From NCBI GenBank assembly GCA_965285935.1, contig OZ260663.1, positions 75,268,001 to 75,332,000 of the forward strand: a stretch of DNA of 64,000 nucleotides, written 5' to 3'. The notes under the pieces are model-generated. The model was given only the letters and a program-made list of their open reading frames with translations. It ran no database searches and was not told the origin of the DNA. Source of the DNA: Ophelia neglecta. Lineage: Eukaryota. This document shows, piece by piece, positions 41,510 to 52,679 of this stretch. Within the stretch, counting starts at the first letter, position 1; each line of letters begins with the position of its first letter. Both the position numbers and the translations under genes were made by a program.

Positions 41510-44500
41510 CTGAAAAATAGAACACCTGAAATAGTGCTGTTCCTTACATGGCTGTAGATTGAGATGTATTTATAGCAAATTCAACATGATGGTAAGTTGA
41601 AATTATAATGGAGACCCTCACTAAGATTTAGGTAATCGCTAGCGTGAGAGCCACCATAGACTTTTGTCATTTCACGATTATCTGGGACTTGTGTCCACAG
41701 TAACTGCGTTCCAATGTTACTTTTATGGTACATGATTATCATGCATATAAGTACTTGTGTCCGAAGCTGTGTCTTTCTCTGGCTCCATAAATTTGACGTT
41801 TTTTCTTCTGGCTGGTACGGGCAATTCATCGTCACTAAATGCTAGGTTGTCCGCTCCGTTCTCCCCAGTTCCTGTTGAACGTTCTGTTCAGAGCGTAATA
41901 CAATATGACAAGTTATGGCCCGTTTTAGAAAAGGATGTTCATATGTTTGTTACTGTACATCTAACGGATAAGAACTTACGCTTGAATGTTCGTGTACTGA
42001 TTCAATGTCGTTTGTGCTCGGAAACTGTGTCCTTCACTTCAACTGTAGGGAGTATTTAATTCCTAACGAATTCGGACCGATTTAATTGACATTTCCTGAT
42101 TAATGATTTTGTATTATCTGACGGGTAGTGACTCAAATTTTTAAGATAAACACCAATATATATTCTACTACTGTGTTTTGCCGGTTTTCAAAACTCAATG
42201 GGTGCAAACTCTTCTCTTAACTAACAATCTTAATAGTGCAGAGGAAATGTTACCGTTTGAGGTGATGTCTAGCTGATGACAACTGATTTATATTAAACCA
42301 ATTTAATAACCACAGCACATTTGGATAAAACAACCAGTGATTAACATTAGTTCAGGGCGGATTACAGTTCATTTATGCGGACAACTCCGCATGGGGAACT
42401 GTGTAAGCACTAATGGAAAAACAAAATGTGATAACGTCATACTACTGCTATACATAATTAGCAAACATACCTTTTGGTGCCTCTTCTGTTTCACGAAATA
42501 CGACGTGTTTTTGACTGTTTTCCTCATTAATATACTCCATTGTATTTCTTATCTTTGAAAACTCAGGCCTTTCCTTTGGGTTTTCTTGCCAACATTGTTG
42601 CATGATAAGATAAAGTTGATTCGGGCAGCCGTCGGGTTTTGAATGCCGGTAGCCTTTCCTCACACTGTCAAGAACCTGCTTGTTGCTAAGCTTTTCTGAA
42701 ATTAAAGTAAAATTCACTCCTATTGAGGATCGCGTAAAATTGAATTGCCTACTTAAGCAAATACCCCAAGTGAAGGGACTCTTAAAGCAACATGTACCAT
42801 ACAAGAAGGCACTCAAACGGTTGGAATTAGTGAGGTTTGGAAATTATATTTGTATGTGTTGTAGTCGACTAGGTAATTGCATTTAAGGAAGTAATCACAA
42901 ACCGCTATGTAGTCTTAGAACAGACCTGGGTAAGGGATTTCTCCCTTTGTAAATATTTCCACCATTGTGATACCGTAAGACCAGACATCTGACTTGTGTC
43001 CGAATTGTCTTTTTAATATCGCTTCCGGGGCAGCCCAGCGAATGGGAAGCTGGACAGATTCATCTAGAATAAAGTATGCACAAATTGGTTACATGTGCAT
43101 GTCCCTCGTAAGCAGTGTATATTCCCGTAATATGCAAGATTACTGAGCAGGATATAGTCGGAAATTACTAATATGCAATTGGTAGTTAACTCACTGACAC
43201 TGTCAGAAAGAATTAATAAATTCTATAGTGAAAAGTATGGTTGTACTAGAAGGTCCTCTTATGATGTTAATTGGTTAATACGACAGGCTGCTTACAATAC
43301 AATTGAATTGCATTTTACGATGTTTTTATTTCGAGTTTTTATTTTACTTCAATTTAGATTTTGTATCAATTAGAATATGGTATATTATTCTCACCAGCTG
43401 TCGCATAGATAGATTCTTCCATCAGACGAGAGACGCCATAGAGACTGATTTTGACTCTGCGATTGGAGTCAACCATAACATTCCTGGCCGCTACATCTTT
43501 GTGAACAAATGAATGTTCCTCCAGATAGCTCATACCACAGACTATCTGCAGTTGAAAATATAAGATTAGTAACTTAATAAACGTATATGGTGGCCCAATG
43601 ACATAAATAATATTATTTTACAACATGGAATCAAATTAACGTCTGGTAATAAACTGGGGGTCAACAAGAAATTTTCGTTGTTGATAGGTTAACTCGATTT
43701 TTGTTCGTTTAGTGCTAAGTTACAGCACATATAATAAATTGCTAACCGTTTTAGTTTTATTAATAACTAATATTGGCTACCTGTGTGGCAATATCTATCA
43801 AAACCAAGAGGTCCAAGTCGGTTCCTGCGCCATCCCGAAGATAATGAAGCAGATCTCCATTTTCCATCCACTCAGTTATAATACTAATGAAGGATGCTCA
43901 AATAAATATTGACAAAACAAGCACCAAAAGAATTTCGTAGACAACTTTATTTGAGATGTTTAAAATGCTGGTTTCCATGGTAAAATAAAATGTGTTTATT
44001 AATTACCTGTAAGGTTCGCTTTCTACTACTATGCCATAAATGCGGAGTACATTGTTATGTTTCAAGGTCTTCATTTGTTTGCACGTATTTTCAAGTGTTC
44101 CTTTTTCCAACAACCCGTCTTTCAACACTCTCGCACATACAAGTAATGTGTCGTTGAAGTTCCCTACCGTATCGGATATATGAATAAGCTCTATTAATAA
44201 TTCAACCCGATTAACATGTGTGTGTGCGTGATGATCGAAAAGTCAGGCCTCACTGGTAAATAAAAGCCGTGAGGCCAGCGAGTCTTATGTTATTAATGAA
44301 TATGCATTACTGATACAGTAACGTTGGTCGCCCCCCTCAGTTTAAAGTTTAAGCATAATGACTTCAGCAACACAAATCTTACCCCGCCATACTTTTACTA
44401 GTTTCCCCTCGTGCACATTGTCTTTATATGTCAGGTAGTTTTCATCAATGGTGACTTTATTTTGAAAATTCTCACTCAAATCCCACAACATCGGGGGTTG

Positions 44501-47500
44501 TTTCTTGATGGGGTTCTCGATCAATTTCCCTGTGATTTTCAGACACTTCCTTTACATACGAGTATATGACAACAAATTTCTTATTTCCGCGAGGAGGCGA
44601 TATATGCTCTCAGTACTAGTACTATTATGCTGATAATAAGGTAGACAAAATGCCCACACAATTTTTAAGAAATTGGGTTTTAGCACTACAAAACATATCC
44701 TTCGGTAACAAAGTTTCTTACACAAGTTTCCCATGACCAATCAATTGTGTTTGTTGATAATGATAGTAACGCAACAGACCCACCTTGGTAGTGTTTTATC
44801 ATAGCTTCTAAGTTCTGAAAGACCTGGTCGCTTTTAATATGGTATCCCTTGGAGGAATGGATTGGGTACTCGGTGACGTATGGTCCTTTTGAAATGTCGT
44901 AGGACCGCAAAGACAAAACCAAGGAATCTGCAACACCTGAGTAACTTAGAATATCTTTTTTATACCTTTCTATACTGGTACAACTACGCAGAAACAGTCT
45001 GGCAATTGACATATAAAACAAAACCTAACCATTAAAGTCACTTCTTTTTGAAACTAGATAGTCGCCAGTTCGTATATTGGCGGATACTATTCTGCTGAGT
45101 GCCTCACGTCTCGTCAAGTTGCCATGATACCACCTACAACAGCCAGAATTAAGTTACAATTTAAATCTATAAGGCACAAGGGGCATTGACTTTAAATATG
45201 AGACTTATAGATTCGTTGTATTGTATCAGAGTCGTACTCGTAGTGTATGTTATCTTCTTTTGCAGCAATACAGTTGCTAGGTATGAAGCCTAAGCTGTTT
45301 GTTTTGATGTTCCTTACGTGCGACCAGTCGCCTATTCTGGAAGTAGTCCGACAACATTGTGATGCAAAATTTTAAGTCATTCCAATATTGTATCGTTTAT
45401 AATTAAACCATTTTTGGTTTCGATTTTATGCAATGAATGGGCAATCAAGGTAACAGAAACAGTATAAACACCCTACTCTTTTATAGATTCAACAATATCT
45501 CCTTTCGAAAAAGATGCATCGGTCGACCCTCCTTTGAAGTCACAAATTACCATTTTCGTCCCCTTTCCTATCAATTTCACAAAAATAATTCCTTCATAGA
45601 ATGCATGAAATTTTTTATATCACTAAGTTTTATTATATATATATAGCCAAAATCAATATGGCCGTTATGTACGAACAAATTTTTAAGTAAAATTAACGTA
45701 AACTTACCGCCTTTCAATAAATTTGATATGACTGAGGGTCGTGCTGCAAGTGGCGTTGGAATGTCTTCATATTCGTTTCCTAAGGCTTCTTCCGTTTTCG
45801 TCATAAAGGAACTGTCTCGGACGGCCAACTCTGAAGCTACAAAATTCATTGGTACATATCCCACTTCACCATCTGTTTGCCGCTTGCATTTCTTCCAGTT
45901 GCCTTCATTCCTGGTAGAGACATGTAATGTAATGAGGAAAGATGTAAGGTTATATTTATATGAACCAGGTCGGTCATTATAATAACTTATCAATATGCTC
46001 AACAGGAAATGTATAGGTATAAATACACGTTTAAGAGGACTGAGTAAAATGTGAATTTTGAAGGGGGTTGAAAACATTATAACAATACAATTCAATACAT
46101 TTTAATTTTGCCAAGAAACTAATGCAGAATATAGCTGATTTATTATATGCAAATACATAAGTATTCTTATCAAAAAAGGATTGACACCATATGGTATATA
46201 TACCCCATTCTTATTTTCTCTGCGGAATTACATTCCGTGGGGAAAAGAAACAAAGAAGATAAAATAAAATGAAAATTACATTTGAAAGTATAAGACCAAT
46301 TTCAATTGTCACAAACAGTATTTCATGTTATAACCTCCTGATATGACACTGCTTTTTGGGAAAGTCTAAACCTTGGAACATGCACTAGATGATGTGTTCG
46401 CCTAGTTATACAGGAGTGAACATCACAGTTCATAAGGAACATGCCATTAAACAATGCAGGCAGCTAGTTATTTCTATGTTAATATATTACTATAGCAACC
46501 TGGTGTTTATAGATATTGAACAGATCCAGCATTTTCAAGTTTTGAAATATCAGCTCTGTACTTGCTCAATATGGATGACATGATATAATTCTAAAAGCTC
46601 CCTTTTGCAATTTAAACAATAAGTCAAGTCTCTTTTGGTTAGACCCAAGACCTAAATTAATACAGGTTATAAGCTAAGGATAAACAATACAAATACAGAG
46701 CTGTTAAAGCATTTTTGTTGAGTATCCCTTTTGGCATCCATATGATCCCGAAACCTTAAGAAATCTTAAAAAATATCATATTTACATGGTCAGACCAAGA
46801 CAACCTTGAGTCAATGAGGACACACAGGAACTTAGTGGAAGACTAAACACCATGAATTGAGTTTTTTTTTATTGATAAAGGTAATTTATCGGCTTCTCAC
46901 CATGTGGCAATGTTCTTAAAATCCTTATTTATTATTTCTAACACTTTTCTCTCCACATTTATCAGTGACAAATACATAAGTGTCATCAGCAAATAACACA
47001 GAGAAAATTTCTATGGGCCTTGTGATAACTTGTAAAGCTAGAAAGGTTTTTGCAACGGATATCCTCATCTCACTCTACTAAACATGTTAATGACATATTG
47101 TATTAAGGTTTGGGGATGTACTTATTTTTATTTTTTTTCATAGTGGTAATTTTATTTCAGCTTCATCAGTTTCATATATTATCAATGTTGGGGATGTACT
47201 TATGACTCGAAAATAGATTCTATTATAAAAATACAGAAAAGAACAGTACGCGTAATCACTGGGTCGTCGGGAAAAACTCCAACAATTCCAATCTCCGTTG
47301 AAAATAAATACCCATGCCTAGTTTACATATCAGGATTCTGCAATGGCCTCTTGCCACAGGTTATATTATCTATGTTTACATTTTAATTTGGATCTGCTCT
47401 ACTATCACACCTGGCAGGCCGGGAACTCTCATGTGAAGAAACACCAGACTAATATATTTGGAAAAGAAGCCTCATTTGAAACTATATATGTCTGCTCTCG

Positions 47501-50500
47501 TCAAGCGTTCAGAAGGTCTGCAAGGAATTTGTTCATTTCCAAATTAACTGTTCAAATTGACAGGCTATAAATCAAACCTTTATTACACCCCTATGCAATG
47601 CACCTAAAAATATAATACGTTTGGTATTTTCTTTTTATATATATATTGCCACCCTATATGTATTGCTTGTGTCTTCCTTATTTATAATAGACATATAAAC
47701 CATAGGCTTCCTGTTAAGCCAATAGTATTAATCATATAACTGTAAAGTCTCGATTGCCTGTAATTGTATATATATGGCAATACCATTCAATAGATTTAAT
47801 TCAATAGATTCAAGATCATACTTGCAACACTGGAGAGATCATTTAGATATAGAGCAAAAAGAAGTGGTTTTAATATTGATCACTGAGGAACCACATAAAG
47901 TAAATTTCTTAATAGATTTTGTTATAAGAGACAAATTAAGAAAGTCTTTAGAGATAACTCTCAATCAAAGCATAAACAGTGCCACGTTTTCCATATTTAT
48001 ACAATTTTAAAGAAGTATAGAATAATCTCATCACTATTATAACTTAAATCAGGATCTATCTCATCAAAATCAGAGTTAAATTTTGAACTGCTATCATTAA
48101 GTTCAAAAGGATTCAGAAATCTTTCTCTTAGTGCAGACCAACTCAATTTTTCTGGTTATTTTAAATAGTAGAAAGAGTATTCGTGAACTCATCACTCTCT
48201 ATAAATCGATAAGTTCACCAGGAAGTGCATTCTTCTTACATTTAACACAACTCCAATTATTTTGAATAGATCCTGTATATACAGGATTTTTTGCTGAAAC
48301 ACCTGACAGTCACTTTATATGGCACACTCCATAACAAACACCACAGCCAATATAATGAGGCACCGACATTGTATTATGATATCAATATAGATATGCAATC
48401 TAACTTGGACATTTGGAATCAATCAACTAATCTAATTTTTTGAAATAGGCAAGCACATATGAACCAGATTCTGGGTTCAAATTTACTACGTGAGATATTT
48501 CCACCGTTTCCCTGGGATCCCAACCGGACAAAAGGTCGATTCCATATTATTTGAGGCCATTAATTCTCTATATAATTGACCTACTTTATCTTTAGTTGCC
48601 AGTTAAATGTCCTTCAAGGGGGCACTAATATAAGATTTGTCAGCGAAAGCATATGGCTGTGCAATGCTCAGTGTTTCACGATTTGTTTTTTCATTGTAAC
48701 CCTATCCCAATATTTAATGGGAGAGTGTTTGCCAACTCTACACAATTGGGGAAGGCATTGGGGAACGTTTGTTTCAATGTAACAATTGCATGATAGACTA
48801 TCAATAACGATCAACTGTACTTTGTTCCCTAGATGTTTGCTTTTTTTCCTGTCTATTGCGCTTTTCTTTCAGGGATACTGCGAGCGCAGAGTAACTGATT
48901 TGTCTTAACTGACTCGTGTTTATCAAAGACAGTTAGGAGAACTACGAGAGTGTATACTAGGCAGACAATTGAAGCAAAATCGTTAATCAACAATAGCCAG
49001 TTACATCGGTCCGACCTCATCGGGAACAACATACTGAACCACATACTGGCCCACGTACCTTAATCCCAAGCTCCCAAACTGTGAGTGAACTTGTAATGCT
49101 AATAAAAAATGAAAACAGATAAATAGGATTGGAAACCTTTAACCTACTGCATTAGGTACTTACTCTGAGAGTTCTTTGAATTTGTCCCCTTTTTGGAATG
49201 TTAGAAGACCTTCGGAAGGCTCATCAAAGTCATAAAGTGCCACAAATATTTTGGATTGTCTGTCACCTAAAAGTTGATCTTATATGCAATGTCCATTTAA
49301 ATATGTGTGGTAACACTGACAGGCTTAACATGGCTTGTCTATATTTAAATCAAATTTCAATATTAATCTTTCTGTTTTACCAATATAAGTAGTGTAGGCT
49401 ATCGCGTTTTTCAAGCGAGAGAAATAACACGTTAGATCATTAATGAAATAACCTGGCTTATTAGAAATTGATTCGGGAGCTCCAAGTCCGTCTAACGGCA
49501 TACTCGGCTTATTTGGTAGTGGTCGTCTCTCGGAAGTTCCAACCTGGCCTGAATCCGACGTGTCACTTTTAAGCAAACAAACACAATTATAGGTTATTTC
49601 TTTTTTTCTCTAAATGGTTCAATCTTGGAAAAACATCTAGTTTGTAAATAAGGGTATAGTTCTTATTGTTTATTTACAATTTAGCAACGGGGCAAGTTTT
49701 CTCTATTTAATGAGATTTTATAGCCTACAAATCATCATTTTAACTGTACATCTCGAACCGAAATATATTTATAACTAAGCCATACATCGTTGTAAGTGTG
49801 TTTGTATATGAAATATCAGGTGCGGCTGGAAAAAAAAAATCGAATGGTGCAAAATTTAAAATTAAGAAGCAATTGTGAGAATATTTTAATGTCCTTGGAT
49901 TATAAAGAAATTAATATCAATAAACAATGGTAAATTTAACCCTTCATATTCAGATTCCTGTTCCCTGGCCATCTCACTGACGTCCGAGTCTCCGGAACGA
50001 GGAGGCGGAGCGGCTGGCTTACGTGCAAGACTGCTCGGATCGGCTGATTGCATTGGTTTAACCTCCGTTGGTTTCGTCTCCACGATCTCCACTTTCTCCA
50101 AACAGGCCCAATAAACAAGTAAACCTTTAGGATCTTCCACCTCATCATTGGAACTGAGGTTGATACACTTGCATTTAGGGCTGTTATTAACATTCCTATT
50201 GAAGAAGAATACGAATCTTACATACCTTACTTTTAGAAAATCACGCACTTTTCACGTGTCAATCACTAATAAGACGTCACAAGAAGAGAAAGATTCACAC
50301 CGTATCTCGTTAGGCTTATTTGAGAAACCTTTAAGGGAACACAAATGCTCTACAAAGCGAATATTTAGTTGCTGATTTAGTATAAATGTTGAGCATGCGT
50401 GCGTAGTGAATCAGTTGCTCTTCAATCTTAATCGATAATTGTTCCAAGCAGGCCCTCTTGAATATCACACGGGTACAAAAATAGGTAAATCAAATGACTT

Positions 50501-52627
50501 TTGCAAGGGGGCGAGAGGGCGAGGCGGGAGATGTAGGATCGTGTACTAAAGCTTCAAGTCGACCGGTTTGAGGTTCTACCTCTTGAGACTAGTCTCTGTT
50601 GGGTTCGAGTTGGGTGCCGGCTACCGAAGCCTCAATATCAGCTGCTGTTTGAGGCTTTTTGTCAGGGCTAATTAAAGGCACTGTATTATCATGTATATGC
50701 ATTTTTGCCATGCCCCTTTATCCGCTGAGGCAGGTATTTTTCGTTACTACGGAGCATGCAGTTTTACATGCACAATGTCATACCGATTAAGGCAATATGA
50801 GTAAACCGAGAGTCGGGTAATACTCTAATGCTGGGGTGTACGTAGTGTATTGTTATTCTCTTCGTACACACGTATGTACGATTGGTCAACTTCTCGCCTC
50901 GCTGCCTGCCTCTTCGCATGCTCAAGCATCGGAAGAAATGTTTAAACAGGTTTGGGTGCTTTGCACCCTTTTTTGCACCTTTTTTTTATAGACAAGTACA
51001 AAATGTTAAACTAGTCACTGTAACTAATTTCTTCGGGTATAATCCAAGCTGTAATCTCCGGGTCAATTATAATTATCAAATATGAAAATACCTTATTCCG
51101 ATTAAAAGAGCCACCTAAAAGAGGCACACTGCAGTTTAATTACCCTTCATTATTTTGGCCCTTTACCTTTTTCGAAGAAAAATGGCTAGAGGCGGCATGT
51201 ATTGGGCCTCGAACCACGACGCCGGCTACGCCGCGTCTGCCGGCCTACTTCGTTTTGCCCGGAACTAAGCAACGCCTTGAACCAAAGCCCCCAATTTGTC
51301 TTTTTTAATGTATTTGGAACTTGCAGTTTTTGTGTGGATACTTTTTATAAGCTAACTACTTCTATTACTACTCTTAGTGTACACTTCTGCTTGTTCTTTC
51401 TTCCTTCATTTCTATTCATTGCAGGTGGTTTGAAAGAAAATCCTGTTCTTAACCTTTTACCTCTATCTAAGCTTTTACCTTAGAGTATTCGGACTTTAAG
51501 GACTGTCCGAACACCCATTTTTACCACCCCCTTTCATTGATGGGGAACGGGGGGGGGGGGGAGGGGGGGGGGGGTCTCGAGTTTTTAAAGCATTGTGTAA
51601 CAGGAAGGACGGTGATTTACACATACTCGGGAATTAGTTTGCTTTTGATAGTGCCGAAGTTTTTGGTATATCACACAGTCTCGATAATAATCTTTTTTTC
51701 TGATTTTCGGCCAATTGAGATGGAAAAGGCCTTTTTGACACGGAAAATTGAGCCATAGGTGTGGCTTGTAGCGTACTAATTTAAATCGATTTTAAAAACA
51801 AGTTAAGCGATACAATTTGCATCCCTATTTGATACTAACCCTGATACGACCTCAATTATATCTCCCTCGTTGTAGCTTAGGTAGCCTTTTTTCTTTGACT
51901 GATAGGTTCGCTTGGCAGAATATATTGGTTTGCCTGGAATACGATTTCTTGTTGTTATCTTTATTATCAACATTACAGATAGCTAAGTTTCATAGCTCTA
52001 GGTCCATTTCTAATGTCATAATGGTTGGCTATATATTACTTGGGACCATAGACCAATGGAGCGAGCCATGTAGTCGCTGCGGTGAAAGCCGAACTTTTTC
52101 CATATTTGCACCTGCAGACAGCATTTCATAGTCTGTTGAAAACATTTATTTACATACAGATGTGAATTTATTACACTGAATCGACCATGATGAATCGATT
52201 GTTCATTTGTTCAAGTGTGACTTCTCTATAGAGCCGGCAGAATAGCGCCTTTTCGGTAGGTGGAAAAAGTTCGGCTTTCACCGGAGCGACTAGATGGCTC
52301 GCTCCATAGCTCTATGTATGGTCCCAAGTAATATATAGCCAACCATTATGACATTAGAAATGGACCTAGGGCTATGAAACTTAGCTACATTACAGACTGT
52401 GCTAAGTTAATTATAACATGTTGATTGGTTACAAAAGAAAAATGACAAGATAATTAGGCCAAACTTAGTAGACGAAGATGAAGGATTGAACATCCATAAA
52501 AGGTACAGAAATACATGCCTTTTGCCACCATGTCATTCACCTCATTTGGTGTCAAAATGGTCGCAGCGTATTCCAACTCCTGTCCGGGTTCAGATTGGGC
52601 TTCCGGTTTACTGTCACAACACCCCAT
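41247..52627 (-). CDS. Src-like non-receptor tyrosine pseudokinase, ~865 aa: MGCC anchor, Pro/Tyr-rich linker, SH3, SH3, SH2 (Arg-less), pseudokinase, acidic linker, PHD finger
   Basis: Exons on the minus strand are 52627-52515, 50195-49941, 49565-49453, 49266-49164, 45910-45708, 45567-45477, 45336-45238, 45133-45030, 44927 (or 44936)-44784, 44529-44383, 44163-44007, 43883-43781, 43545-43395, 43063-42926, 42695-42471, 41883-41755, 41681-41622 and 41509-41247, all phase-compatible. Motifs seen: ALYDF...[60 protein letters not shown]. The first junction and the linker exons before the PHD are less certain. Confidence 0.85.
41980..42042 (-). other. Candidate 63-nt cassette exon with in-frame TGA ([13 protein letters not shown])
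   Basis: It has a ccctacag acceptor and a gtaagt donor, is symmetric phase 1-1, and lies between the kinase and PHD exons. Confidence 0.55.
46500..48460 (-). mobile_element. Decayed, internally deleted CR1/L2-clade LINE in the intron that splits SH3 #1
   Basis: Minus-strand remnants include a PHD-like [11 protein letters not shown]...WSCVKC (~48230-48370), FLNPFELN...DEIDPD (~48050-48120) and the RT motif VLFADDT (~46980-46998), with many stops. Boundaries are approximate. Confidence 0.7.
51980..52387. mobile_element. MITE with ~120-bp TIRs and 9-bp TSD (Mutator-like)
   Basis: TAGCTAAGTTTCATAGC...GAACTTTTTCCA is mirrored by TGGAAAAAGTTC...GCTATGAAACTTAGCTA, and CATTACAGA flanks both sides. 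Confidence 0.88.
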
Positions 52628-52679
52628 GTCGTTTACATTCCGTTTTGTAAAGCAAAAAGGCTCCAAATCTAATCACCTA

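Noticed and set aside
41247-52627. Calling the minus-strand kinase a pseudogene
   Set aside because: Eighteen exons keep frame and splice sites. The changes are concentrated on catalytic residues, and the only stop lies in a skippable symmetric exon.
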